Source: a virus (lineage: Duplodnaviria > Caudoviricetes). Taken from it: a stretch of DNA of 64,000 nucleotides. The DNA is taken from positions 34,185-98,184 of the IMG/VR virus record IMGVR_UViG_3300013382_000001; one strand, given 5' to 3'. Both the position numbers and the translations under genes were made by a program. Every line of letters begins with the position of its first letter. Within the stretch, counting starts at the first letter, position 1. Below are positions 49,256 through 58,345 of the stretch, piece by piece. A model generated the notes under the pieces. The model saw nothing but the letters and a program-made list of their open reading frames with translations. It did no database searches and was not told where the DNA came from.

Positions 49256-49507
49256 TCAACCCTCCATCTTATCTAAGTTTTCTCTTTCTAAGCATTTCTT
49301 ACAAAACTCCAATGTATCCTTTTTCGTGTGACTTTTAAGATAATCATACATAGTCCGCATTGCCACTTCATATCCTTGCACCATATGCTTGATATAGGTT
49401 TTGCGAACGTTATCTTTGTAAGCGTTCAAAATCATGTTTTCAACCTCGCCTTTTGTGTTCATTATGTACCTCAATTCCCGTAATCTCTTTGAATATTTTT
49501 GCGTCAA
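49256..49507 (-). CDS. Hypothetical protein
   Basis: ORF; start likely downstream (MNTKG or MILN). Confidence 0.45.
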   Translation of the reverse strand: MTQKYSKRLRELRYIMNTKGEVENMILNAYKDNVRKTYIKHMVQGYEVAMRTMYDYLKSHTKKDTLEFCKKCLERENLDKMEG

Positions 49508-50510
49508 AATTCGGAATTTCTTGAACAGTCTTTCGGTCTTTTTCCGACATTTCTTGCCACCAATTCGCCCATGCTTCTTGCATGGTATATTTTTTCAGAT
49601 AACCGCCAATCATTTCTTTTTCTGGATCCGCTTTCTTTTCTTCATCGGTGTATGGAATCCATTCTGTAAGAAGGAACGGAGCGTTGCATAGTGCGCTATA
49701 ATATCTGCTTCTATGGAAATCACGCAGGCTCATGCCGGACGGCTTGTTGAAAATTCTGATATTCATATCCGGTTCGGTGCAGAATACACCATTAGAGCCG
49801 TCTATTGTGTTCCCGTGACCGGTGTTCCAGTTACCGGTGTTCCAGTTACCGGTGTTCCAGTTACCGGTGTTCCAGTTACCGGTGTTGAACAATCCGGTGT
49901 TCCAGTTACCGGTGTTCTCGTTGCCGGTGTTCTCGTTGCCGGTGTTCCAGTTACCGGTGTTCTCGTTGCCGGTGTTCCAGTTACCGGTGTTCCAGTTACC
50001 GGTGTTCTCGTTGCCGGTGTTCCAGTTACCGGTGTTCTCGTTGCCGGTGTTCCAGTTACCGGTGTTCTCGTTACCGGTGTTCCAGTTACCGGTGTTCTCG
50101 TTGCCGGTGTTCCAGTTACCGGTGTTCTCGTTGCCGGTGTTCCAGTTACCGGTGTTCTCGTTGCCGGTGTTCTCGTTGCCGGTGTTGAACAATCCGGTGT
50201 TTCCGTTTACCATACCATTCATGGCAGCTAATTCATCGCCCTTAATCTCGCGAACGATTTTTATGTGATCGCTTCCACATTTCTGACCGTTAGTCACTTC
50301 TTCGCCTAAAACCTCGATTTCGAAGAATCTGTTTAGTTCTTTTTCGTTGCATGAATAATGCGCATGTACTTTCTGTAAGCTGTCGCAGTAATGGAAAACT
50401 GTATCGCTACATAATTCAATTTCCCCCTCATGTTCAATCTTGTACTCTTTGCCAATCTCAAACTGAAAGCCTCGGCATTTCATGTCCTTGTCCATTCCTT
50501 TAATTTTCAT
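49440..50510 (-). CDS. NTGxx pentapeptide-repeat phage protein
   Basis: N-terminal KG.D..M.CRGFQFE.G domain, NTGNW/NTGNE repeats, C-terminal IPNFDAKIFKEITGI. Confidence 0.85.
   Translation of the reverse strand: MKIKGMDKDMKCRGFQFEIGKEYKIEHEGEIELCSDTVFHYCDSLQKVHAHYSCNEKELNRFFEIEVLGEEVTNGQKCGSDHIKIVREIKGDELAAMNGMVNGNTGLFNTGNENTGNENTGNWNTGNENTGNWNTGNENTGNWNTGNENTGNWNTGNENTGNWNTGNENTGNWNTGNWNTGNENTGNWNTGNENTGNENTGNWNTGLFNTGNWNTGNWNTGNWNTGNWNTGHGNTIDGSNGVFCTEPDMNIRIFNKPSGMSLRDFHRSRYYSALCNAPFLLTEWIPYTDEEKKADPEKEMIGGYLKKYTMQEAWANWWQEMSEKDRKTVQEIPNFDAKIFKEITGIEVHNEHKRRG
49818..50205 (-). repeat. 15-bp tandem repeat array (ccggtgttccagtta / ccggtgttctcgttg variants)
   Basis: About 25 near-identical units visible. 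Confidence 0.92.
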
Positions 50511-50539
50511 CTTTTATCCTCCTTGATTTATTTTTCTTT

Positions 50540-50568
50540 ATTATAACTTGTATAATGCGAGTTGTCAA
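50540..50568 (-). promoter_or_regulatory. SigA-type promoter (consensus)
   Basis: TTGACA-17 nt-TATAAT. Confidence 0.8.
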
Positions 50569-50618
50569 GGGGTAAAATAAAAAATCTCCTAAAATTTTTA
50601 GGAGAAATTAAATATAGA

Positions 50619-50739
50619 TTAAACACAGAAGCCGAAGCACCCGCCCGACGTTTTCTTCGCCGTCCCGCTCCGCGCGCCCGATCCGCCTTCATTGTTCCAT
50701 CTCCCAGCCGGAAGGGAAAGCGTTCGTTAAACCTCTCAT
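50619..50739 (-). pseudogene. GC-rich collapsed remnant of an MxGxTNA-type tail-tip gene
   Basis: AGGAGGT RBS, MRGLTNAFPSG..., and in another frame ...AKKTSGGCFGFCV*; flanked by hairpins. Confidence 0.4.
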
Positions 50740-50761
50740 ATATAAACCTCCTAAAATCAAT

Positions 50762-50779
50762 GGGAGGGATAACCCTCCC
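50762..50779 (-). terminator. Hairpin after Sak4-like gene
   Basis: gggaggg-ataa-ccctccc. Confidence 0.55.
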
Positions 50780-50791
50780 TTATGTTAAAAA

Positions 50792-51808
50792 TTAAATGTT
50801 AATACCACGTTGAGTACAAAAATCTACAAATGTTGAATATAATGCACCAAGTTCCGCGACTTGTTCATCGGTAGCTTCGGTAAGTTTCTTACCAACACCA
50901 AGTTGCGACTCAATTTGTTCTGCAACATAGTCTGGATACATAGAAAATAATTTAGCAACGTATGGTTGTAAAAGTTGAATGTAATCTTCTTTAGTATAAT
51001 CCCCAACTACATTTTTTTCTTTAAAACTTACAAGACCTGCGCCTTCGTCTTCGGCTGTCTTAGCAATTGCTGTCTCAATTGCTTCGGTAAGATTTTCTGC
51101 AGTAAACTCTTTAATATAAGTTTGCATCATCGGATAACGAGATCGAGCAAATACCTTGTCGGTTTCTTTGCAAATAGCAGAAGAGTAAATTGTTTGTCCT
51201 GTCTCTTCATCAACTCCGTTTGCGTAAGTATAAATTACAAAGTCGCAAAGGTCACGGATGAATTTTGTGGAACCCTTTTCTTTATTTGATCCGTAAGGAA
51301 TAATTTTACCGTAAGTTGGTGAGTTCTTTGAATCGTCCACCATTTCATGGGAGATGAATACTACAGTGTATCCTTGTCTAGCTAGACGGTTAATTTGGTT
51401 CTTAAACCGGACTCTGGAAAATGCATACCCATTAGGGTTCTTGTCATCGGCATCTTGTACCATACCAACTTCTGCTACGCCATACATTTTGGCAACATTG
51501 TCTTCATTGATAGCAACCAGAGCTTCATCTGTGTCGATTACAATAGTTTGGAATGACTCTTTGGCTTTATCGTAATTCTTAACTAATTGGTCTACAATTT
51601 GTGTGAAATCATTCCATTCATTAATTGCGAACTTCGTAACAGCACGAGCATTGCCCCCTGCTTCAGCCATAAGGAGCATAGGTTTTAATAGCCTAGTACT
51701 TTGGTAGGTTTTTCCAGTATCATTCCCACCGTACAGCAGAATCTTTTGTCCTTCCAGCCCTTTAACCATACTCGTATCTTGTTTCGCAAAAATATCAATC
51801 TTAGCCAT
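50792..51808 (-). CDS. AAA_24 / Sak4-like NTP-binding recombination protein
   Basis: LYGGNDTGKT, TIVIDT, VFISHE, ARSR. Confidence 0.78.
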   Translation of the reverse strand: MAKIDIFAKQDTSMVKGLEGQKILLYGGNDTGKTYQSTRLLKPMLLMAEAGGNARAVTKFAINEWNDFTQIVDQLVKNYDKAKESFQTIVIDTDEALVAINEDNVAKMYGVAEVGMVQDADDKNPNGYAFSRVRFKNQINRLARQGYTVVFISHEMVDDSKNSPTYGKIIPYGSNKEKGSTKFIRDLCDFVIYTYANGVDEETGQTIYSSAICKETDKVFARSRYPMMQTYIKEFTAENLTEAIETAIAKTAEDEGAGLVSFKEKNVVGDYTKEDYIQLLQPYVAKLFSMYPDYVAEQIESQLGVGKKLTEATDEQVAELGALYSTFVDFCTQRGINI

Positions 51809-51819
51809 CTACTCACCCC

Positions 51820-52746
51820 CTACAGAAACGGATTCTTTTCAACTTCAAATGGGTTATTGTTACTCGGAGTTGTAGCCATTGCCTTTAAGCTCTGCTTACC
51901 ACCTTTTGCTTTAGGGATTTTGTTCTTAGATTCTTTCAAAATCTGCTCAAGTTCAACCTTACGCTCTTCGAGTAAGTTCTTAACATCTTTAAGGTCAATA
52001 TATAACTTTTCACCCTTATTATTTACTTGCTCTTCATTGACTGGATCTTCTCCACCAATCACCATCCATTCAACTCTTGTGAATCCTGTGTTAATATCAG
52101 CTTTTCTACCAAAGCCACCAGTAGTAGTAGTTTTCTTCTCGCCATATTCCGTGCTCTTAATTTCGACATAGAACGTTGCCAAAGAGCCAAGTCCATAATT
52201 TTCCTTAAATCCATCGGCAAGTTCCTCATCAACAATTAATGCATGTGGAAGTGCTTTTTCACCATAACCTACGCCAGTAACTTCAACGAGTAATCTACCT
52301 GTCTCTTCTTCATTTCTGTACTCAGGTACAATTTTTGTAACCATACCTTCAATTGCGCCTTCAAACTTTTCCTCTTCTGCCGGTTCGTTAAGGATCTTAA
52401 CACGATTTACATTAAAGCAATCAACACTTGCGATCTTGCCACTCTTTCCAACATAGTCATTAAATCTATTCGTTCGGATTTGCACCTCAATAGGAGTATC
52501 CGTACCACAAACTTGTAATTCTTTTACCATATCAAAGTCGCTATTGGATTTATGGTCTTCTCCTGCAAATTTATCTCTCATATAAACCTCGCAGGTATAT
52601 TCTCCATTTTCGACTCCAATTACAAATCGACCACGCACTGTGTTAAATTCTACGCCATCGTCAAATCTACCATCTACAATCTCTAACTTCTTATCTTTTA
52701 ATCTACCTACTGCTTTAAACTTACTAAATGTTTCTCTAATAGCCAT
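51820..52746 (-). CDS. Putative single-stranded DNA-binding protein
   Basis: Beta-rich, GGFG segment, C-terminal NPF...NPFL tail; lies between Gp157 and Sak4-like genes. Confidence 0.5.
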   Translation of the reverse strand: MAIRETFSKFKAVGRLKDKKLEIVDGRFDDGVEFNTVRGRFVIGVENGEYTCEVYMRDKFAGEDHKSNSDFDMVKELQVCGTDTPIEVQIRTNRFNDYVGKSGKIASVDCFNVNRVKILNEPAEEEKFEGAIEGMVTKIVPEYRNEEETGRLLVEVTGVGYGEKALPHALIVDEELADGFKENYGLGSLATFYVEIKSTEYGEKKTTTTGGFGRKADINTGFTRVEWMVIGGEDPVNEEQVNNKGEKLYIDLKDVKNLLEERKVELEQILKESKNKIPKAKGGKQSLKAMATTPSNNNPFEVEKNPFL

Positions 52747-52760
52747 ATTCTACCCTTTCT

Positions 52761-53045
52761 TTAATAAAAAAAATTCAATAAATCATTTACAATATTTGCA
52801 TATTCTGTTAATTTTATGGTTTTATTATCTATGATTTGCTTGCCAATTAAACCATAATCTTTTTCATATTCATGCTTAAGATTCATATATTTGTTAGCAG
52901 CATCACAAACTTCATCTAACCGTTCTTTTTTCTTTTGCTCCTTTTCGATACGCTCTTGTTCTTTGCGCTCAAGTTCAAGTTCATAATCACTTGCTTCTTC
53001 CTGAGTATTAAACTCTTTGCCATTTACTCTGTAAATTACTTCCAT
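52761..53045 (-). CDS. Hypothetical coiled-coil protein
   Basis: GKEF.T.EEA..YE motif. Confidence 0.55.
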   Translation of the reverse strand: MEVIYRVNGKEFNTQEEASDYELELERKEQERIEKEQKKKERLDEVCDAANKYMNLKHEYEKDYGLIGKQIIDNKTIKLTEYANIVNDLLNFFY

Positions 53046-53053
53046 ATTCTCTC

Positions 53054-53554
53054 CTATTTAAGTTGTAAGTTTTCCTTTTCAATAACTTGCACACCATCAA
53101 TTACAACACCCTGTTTCAAAATTGCATCTTTAAGCTTTGTTTTATTTGGATTTTCTTCGACCTTAATTGTCATATACTCTTGTGGGATTTTAGCTCCTTC
53201 AGCAATTTCAACCTGTTTTGACTTTCGGAATGAAAGGGCGACTCTTGGAGTTTCAAATTTCCTATCTCCGAATAAGAACATCGAGTTTGCAAGATAAGCT
53301 TTAAGTCGTTCGACTTTTTTTTCTTTAGTTTGCCTGCGCTCCTTAAGTGACTTTTCTTCAGCTTTGAGTTGGTCAATATCAGAAAGCAAATTCTTAATAT
53401 AACAACCTGTATTTTCAAGCTTTTGGTCGCGAGATAAGAGCAAATTGTCAATATCTGATTCTTCAAATAGAATCTCGCCCGTTTCCTCATCTACTACCAT
53501 ATCATTCTCTAAGAGTTGATATAGGTCTTTGTCGATTTCATATAATGTGCTCAT
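53054..53554 (-). CDS. Siphovirus Gp157 family protein
   Basis: MSTLYEID, K.EN....IKN, SFRKS..V, IP.EY, K..LK.A...G..I.G. Confidence 0.88.
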   Translation of the reverse strand: MSTLYEIDKDLYQLLENDMVVDEETGEILFEESDIDNLLLSRDQKLENTGCYIKNLLSDIDQLKAEEKSLKERRQTKEKKVERLKAYLANSMFLFGDRKFETPRVALSFRKSKQVEIAEGAKIPQEYMTIKVEENPNKTKLKDAILKQGVVIDGVQVIEKENLQLK

Positions 53555-53610
53555 AGATTACCTCCTTTACTATATTATATCCATAAATTACAATAAATTC
53601 AATAAAGTTT

Positions 53611-53927
53611 TTATGTCCAAGGAGCAACAGATGTTGCCTCATAGTTGCTACCAACGACAATAATATTAGTTGCAAGCTGTCTATTTCCATTTGTATCTGA
53701 TATAATCACATCTTTATAATTTGTAGTTTGAGCAGCATATCTTTTTCCATCATAATCAGTTCCTATAAAAAATTTATAAGAAGTACTATCTGCAACACCA
53801 ATATTATATTTACTATTTATCCAATTCTCCCATGTCATATTCTCATCAGCATAATAAGAACAGTTGTTTACACGAAATGCCCCCCCGAAACACTATTTTT
53901 CGATACCATATTTGTCATTCCTATCAT
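53611..53927 (-). pseudogene. Poly-G interrupted tail-tip-like gene (MIGMTNMVSKNSVSGG...), currently out of frame
   Basis: GGAGG RBS; ATGA overlap with upstream gene; G7 at 53880-53886. One extra G gives ...SGGAFRVNNCSYYADENMTWENWINSKYN... Confidence 0.68.
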
Positions 53928-54313
53928 TTTAATTCCTCCGTATTTAAACTTATTTTTAATCTTGGATAATACTCTTCCAGAACATATTTAGCTATAATTT
54001 TAATATTTGGTAATACTTGCTGATAACAATCAATTTTTTGCCAATTGTCACCATCAGCAAATAAACTATTAACAGCGATTTCATATTCACATCTCGACCA
54101 TTCTTGCCACTGAATAATGCGCCTAAGTTCTTCTGTAAAATCCTCAAAAGTCATTTTGTCTCGTTTGTATTTAACACATAACTCATTCGTCCGTTCACTG
54201 ACACGAATGTTGTTAAAGATGTTATATGGTACGATTTCTCGATTACGGTTGATATTTTCGTTGAGAACATACCATTCAAAATTTAATTGTTTCATTCTCC
54301 AGACCGCTCCCAT
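53924..54313 (-). CDS. Conserved phage hypothetical protein
   Basis: WYV...N.N...YNIF, WSRCEYE, KID.Y.Q motif. Confidence 0.6.
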   Translation of the reverse strand: MGAVWRMKQLNFEWYVLNENINRNREIVPYNIFNNIRVSERTNELCVKYKRDKMTFEDFTEELRRIIQWQEWSRCEYEIAVNSLFADGDNWQKIDCYQQVLPNIKIIAKYVLEEYYPRLKISLNTEELK

Positions 54314-54582
54314 TCCTTACAAGTGCTGCTTAAATCTGTATAAGAATTGTACTTGCAACAATACATTTTATTACAAGACCAAGCATAATTTGACCAAGCA
54401 CAATTCGTACACGTTTTATCTTTTAAATCTACATGAGCATGTAACTTTGCATCCATTTGTTGCAAACACTTTCTAATCTTGTCACATGCATCTTCCGCAG
54501 AAATATGACGCTTATCTACATCTACAAGTATTTCGCCGATAAGAAAGGTAACATGTTTATAAATCTTCTCTTTATTCGTCAT
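54292..54582 (-). CDS. Hypothetical Cys-rich protein
   Basis: CTNC...C...C..W tail. Confidence 0.5.
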   Translation of the reverse strand: MTNKEKIYKHVTFLIGEILVDVDKRHISAEDACDKIRKCLQQMDAKLHAHVDLKDKTCTNCAWSNYAWSCNKMYCCKYNSYTDLSSTCKEWERSGE

Positions 54583-54869
54583 TCTTCCTCACTCCAATCT
54601 ATAGCCTGTCCACATTTGTAGCAGTATTTATGCGGCAACCTTATGTAATGTTCGCAGTTAGGACACTCGCCCTCGCCCCAAAGCGGCTCTTTCGCTCCAA
54701 GCATATCGGCTGCACCTTTCGTAGGTAGCGGTTTCTTCGGAATCTGCTTCTCTATAGCAATATCTATTAACTCCTGTAATTCTCTGATGTTGGGATGGTC
54801 TATTTGCCCATTGTTTCTTATCTTTTTCACTTCTTCGTATGTCATTCGTCTTCCTCTTCCTTTCCCCAC
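54579..54869 (-). CDS. Zinc-ribbon phage protein
   Basis: AIEKQIPKKP...CPNC...YCYKCGQAIDWS. Confidence 0.7.
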   Translation of the reverse strand: MGKGRGRRMTYEEVKKIRNNGQIDHPNIRELQELIDIAIEKQIPKKPLPTKGAADMLGAKEPLWGEGECPNCEHYIRLPHKYCYKCGQAIDWSEEE

Positions 54870-55002
54870 TTGTCAAATAAAAATTCTATATCACACATAA
54901 AATCCAATATAGTTCTTTTTTCTATGTTTGTAAGATTGTCAAATTCTGTGGCTAACCCCTGCATAATACAATCGTTTATGATACTTATTACTTTACTTGT
55001 CT

Positions 55003-55194
55003 TCATTCCTGCTCACCTGCCCTTGTATTCCATTCGTTAATGACCTCTTTTAAGTTGTGACCGCTTGGATACCCATCATGTGACACGTGGCAATCAGGAT
55101 TGTTACATTTTGCCATATACATCATCCCACCGCTACTCCAATGTGCTATAATTGCTCTTTTGCCACATACAGGGCATGGTTTCAATTTGTTCAT
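55003..55194 (-). CDS. Lar-family (restriction alleviation-like) zinc-finger protein
   Basis: LKPCPVCG...C...C...WNTR. Confidence 0.65.
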   Translation of the reverse strand: MNKLKPCPVCGKRAIIAHWSSGGMMYMAKCNNPDCHVSHDGYPSGHNLKEVINEWNTRAGEQE

Positions 55195-55342
55195 TCCTGC
55201 TCACGCTCCTTTTGTACGTCTTTACTTTTTTTGAACTCCATGTGGTCACAATAATCAGGTTTCAATGATTTCTTCTTATTCCAGTTTGTGCATCCGCTGT
55301 AGGAAAATCTGCACCGATTGCATATTTTATAGTTGCTTTGCT

Positions 55343-55552
55343 TCATCCTTCTTTGTGCCCTTCAGTCCACTTCCGGACGATTTCAGTTGCTTCAAGGGGA
55401 TGACAAATTTCAAAAACACTACAAGCAATACCCACACCATTGTTGCAATTTGCCAATGGACATATGAAGCAGTCCACCTCTGTGCATTGTTCGCCTGTTC
55501 GCCCTAAGCTATCCAACATCCGTCTCTTTTCAACTAAATAATTAAATTCCAT
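55343..55552 (-). CDS. Cys-rich hypothetical protein
   Basis: C....C..CPL...C, HP.EA..IV..W. Confidence 0.55.
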   Translation of the reverse strand: MEFNYLVEKRRMLDSLGRTGEQCTEVDCFICPLANCNNGVGIACSVFEICHPLEATEIVRKWTEGHKEG

Positions 55553-55952
55553 TGTCCACCTCCGCTAGTTTTGCATAAAACCACCACTCTGTCTTGTCAC
55601 CAGTATATGAAGTTTGTCCGTTAGCCCATGCATAGACATGATCGTTATCGTATTTAGCAAAATGCATTTTGTGCCATTCATCGTCTACTATGTCGCGTCT
55701 TACCAGAATCGGCGTATCAACCGGTACTTTCGACCATTTAACGCTCAGCTCGATGTATTCAGCATCAGCCCACTTCAATGTTTTTTCGCCGCAAACGGAA
55801 CTAGATCCAAATTTGCATCTATGGCACGCAAATCCGTTACATGTACAAATTTCATTTGTATCTTTGTCAATTGCAATTCGTAGCCCTACTCTTGTAAGTT
55901 TTTCAATCCGTTCTTTATAATGTTTATAATTAGTCATACCTGTACCTCCCAA
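55542..55952 (-). CDS. Cys-rich hypothetical protein
   Basis: C....C..C.F, WSKVPVDTPILV, HFAKY, G.TS.T. Confidence 0.65.
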   Translation of the reverse strand: MGGTGMTNYKHYKERIEKLTRVGLRIAIDKDTNEICTCNGFACHRCKFGSSSVCGEKTLKWADAEYIELSVKWSKVPVDTPILVRRDIVDDEWHKMHFAKYDNDHVYAWANGQTSYTGDKTEWWFYAKLAEVDNGI

Positions 55953-56470
55953 GGTTTATCATCTTCCCATTTGATAAAATCAAATTTGCATTGAGGGAAA
56001 GTAATGTCTATAAATATATATTCTAAGTCTCGCTCTATCCACTCTATATCAGTTTTATTTGGCTTATTGGGATACCAATACAAAGTACCATTTTCATCTC
56101 TTGCAATCCAACCTCTGCCAAGCAACTTACATAACGCTTTTTCGTCGTCGGTTAAAACAACAGGCTCTTTATAATCTTGATATAAAAAATCTAATCTTTT
56201 CTCCCAACATAAACCATCGTCATTATCAAAAACACATCTCGGACACGAATCATTAGTGCAACTTATTACTTCGCCATCAACAACAGCAAATCTACCATCG
56301 TATGCTTTAATTTCTTCTTCATAAAATTCCCAATTCTTCATCTTATTCCATGCACCACCTTTGCCACCACATTTACATTTATTCTTATGCGGTACATATT
56401 CTTTCTTTTTAGTTAGGTTATACCCCATTTTATTAGCTTCGGTTTTTAATTCCTCATATGTCATCACCAA
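55934..56470 (-). CDS. Cys-rich hypothetical protein
   Basis: C....C..C.F, WIARDENG.L, F.FIKWED.KPW. Confidence 0.6.
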   Translation of the reverse strand: MVMTYEELKTEANKMGYNLTKKKEYVPHKNKCKCGGKGGAWNKMKNWEFYEEEIKAYDGRFAVVDGEVISCTNDSCPRCVFDNDDGLCWEKRLDFLYQDYKEPVVLTDDEKALCKLLGRGWIARDENGTLYWYPNKPNKTDIEWIERDLEYIFIDITFPQCKFDFIKWEDDKPWEVQV

Positions 56471-57054
56471 TTCTCCTCCATTCTTAACACAGCAACAATC
56501 TTACTATCCCATTCCTTAAATACCTTATTTACAAGTCCGTGCTTAGTCATACCTACTTGTTTCATCGGAGCAGATGTGCTATCAATCAAAAATTCTAACA
56601 CATGACCATCACTTGCATGAGCATAGTTAAGTTTGTCGGTATGTCTATTGGACTTAATATCGCCAATAATTACAGGTATTAACTCACCATTGTCTAAATG
56701 AATAATAAATTTGTCGCCTATATCGCCCCAATAACTGCCCATAGCCACAACATACCAGTTGCTCCGATATATTAAAAACCCTTGTTCATCTACACATACA
56801 TATGGGTCTTGTTGGAGTTTGTATTGCTTGCTTGCAGTGTTTGTAATGGCTCTATAATCCATATAAGTCATCTTTTGTGAGTTACCAGTTTCATGTGTCC
56901 ACATTTCGTAAAGTTCACATGAATACTCTGTTACCTTTTGGTTTGTATCGATTTCTGCATAAACCTGTGGGGCAAGAATTACTAAGAAAAAGATTAAAGT
57001 TATAGCAACAAGAATCAATGTGAATCGTTTATAAAACTTATCCTTCATATTCAC
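56464..57054 (-). CDS. Membrane-anchored/secreted protein, possible 3D/RlpA-like cell-wall domain
   Basis: N-terminal hydrophobic helix; YMDYRAIT, VAMGSY.G.IG, GDIK...HTD, EF.ID. Confidence 0.5.
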   Translation of the reverse strand: MNMKDKFYKRFTLILVAITLIFFLVILAPQVYAEIDTNQKVTEYSCELYEMWTHETGNSQKMTYMDYRAITNTASKQYKLQQDPYVCVDEQGFLIYRSNWYVVAMGSYWGDIGDKFIIHLDNGELIPVIIGDIKSNRHTDKLNYAHASDGHVLEFLIDSTSAPMKQVGMTKHGLVNKVFKEWDSKIVAVLRMEENW

Positions 57055-57487
57055 CCTCCTTAAAAATAATTGGCATAACTAATCCCACAATAATTTCTTG
57101 TTCGTATATATATATTGGAGATGCATCCCTATTCATTTGAGTTTTAAAAGTCGGATTGTCAAAATTCTTCAAAAACTTTTCATTAACATACTTATTCCCA
57201 ATTTTTACACAAGATATTTCTTTTTTTTGTCGTTCAACTTTACGATATTCATTTGACTTTTGTACCTCAGGCAAATTAATAGATGCTTGAAAATTTTCAA
57301 GATTGCTCATTTCCCTATTGCCAAGCATTTTTTCTACATCGAGTAAAAATGTATTTTTAGGGATGAAATACATAACATACCCATCTGTAGATATACCCAC
57401 AGTTTCTTCATCATAATACCCCATAAAAAGCTTTTCATCCTTTAATCTCGCCTTAATTACCTCGTTATAAATCTTCGCTAGTTTCAT
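57038..57487 (-). CDS. Hypothetical protein
   Basis: STDGY..., C-terminal GLVMPI (weakly beta-clamp-domain-like). Confidence 0.5.
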   Translation of the reverse strand: MKLAKIYNEVIKARLKDEKLFMGYYDEETVGISTDGYVMYFIPKNTFLLDVEKMLGNREMSNLENFQASINLPEVQKSNEYRKVERQKKEISCVKIGNKYVNEKFLKNFDNPTFKTQMNRDASPIYIYEQEIIVGLVMPIIFKEGEYEG

Positions 57488-57497
57488 TTTATACCTC

Positions 57498-58319
57498 CTA
57501 AAAATTCAATCCCATAACCGCATATCTTGCTGCTGTTGGGTTATTATCAATATATCTCTTTGTTGTTCTAATGTCTGCATGACCTGCAATTTCTTGTAAA
57601 ACTGGTAATGTTACGCCCTTTTCGGCTAATATACTAATCGTTGTATGTCTTGTTGAGTGGCAGCTAAAGTTTAAAGCTTCAACATTAATTCCTGCACGCT
57701 TGGCAAGAAGCTTAATTGTTTTATTGAAATTTTGCTCTTGCATTGGCTTGCCTTGATTACCGATGAAGAGGTTATCATATTCGCTTGACTTGCGGGTTTT
57801 AAGGTACTCGTTTACCGCAACTTTTGCGTCATCATTAAGATAACAATATCTAAACTTATTGCCTTTACCTATAACCTTGATTACACCCTCAGAGTTAAGG
57901 TCGTTGAGCTTAATATTTAACAATTCTCCAATACGCATACCTGTATGAAAAAGCACCATAAGCATTGCTTTTTCTCTTGGTGTACGAGATTGACGGACGA
58001 TTGCTTTAACTTGTTCTGTGTCAAGTGGGAGCTTCTTTTCGTTATTGACCTTTGGGGTCTTTTGCTTCTTGATTCTCATATAAGTTTCACTATCAATGTC
58101 GCCAAGGTCGAACAAAAATCCGATAAATCCACGAACTGCCATGATTTTCTGATATTGTGTAGCTCCTGCTTCACCTGCGATTGTAGACGTCCACGATAAG
58201 TAGGATTCAAGCGTGATAGTGGCACAAGTTGATAAGTAGGATTCAATGTTTCTACGATATGCTTTTTTGGTGTTTTCAGATTGTAATGTGCTAATGTATA
58301 AATTTAATTTGTTTTCCAT
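57498..58319 (-). CDS. Tyrosine recombinase (XerC/D-like)
   Basis: TGMRIGE, GKGNK.R, HSTRH, AGHADIRTT.RY catalytic residues. Confidence 0.92.
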   Translation of the reverse strand: MENKLNLYISTLQSENTKKAYRRNIESYLSTCATITLESYLSWTSTIAGEAGATQYQKIMAVRGFIGFLFDLGDIDSETYMRIKKQKTPKVNNEKKLPLDTEQVKAIVRQSRTPREKAMLMVLFHTGMRIGELLNIKLNDLNSEGVIKVIGKGNKFRYCYLNDDAKVAVNEYLKTRKSSEYDNLFIGNQGKPMQEQNFNKTIKLLAKRAGINVEALNFSCHSTRHTTISILAEKGVTLPVLQEIAGHADIRTTKRYIDNNPTAARYAVMGLNF

Positions 58320-58345
58320 TGTTTTGACCTCCTGTTGATATACTA

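Noticed and set aside
49818-50205. CRISPR-like array
   Set aside because: Contiguous 15-bp coding repeats with no unique spacers.
49713-50268. Plus-strand repeat ORFs (VPVTG / LPVFQ)
   Set aside because: Antisense shadows of the NTGNW repeat gene.
50562-50795. 77-aa plus-strand ORF
   Set aside because: Opposite to the local gene direction, no RBS, and it overlaps a promoter and hairpins; the minus-strand reading has a perfect RBS.
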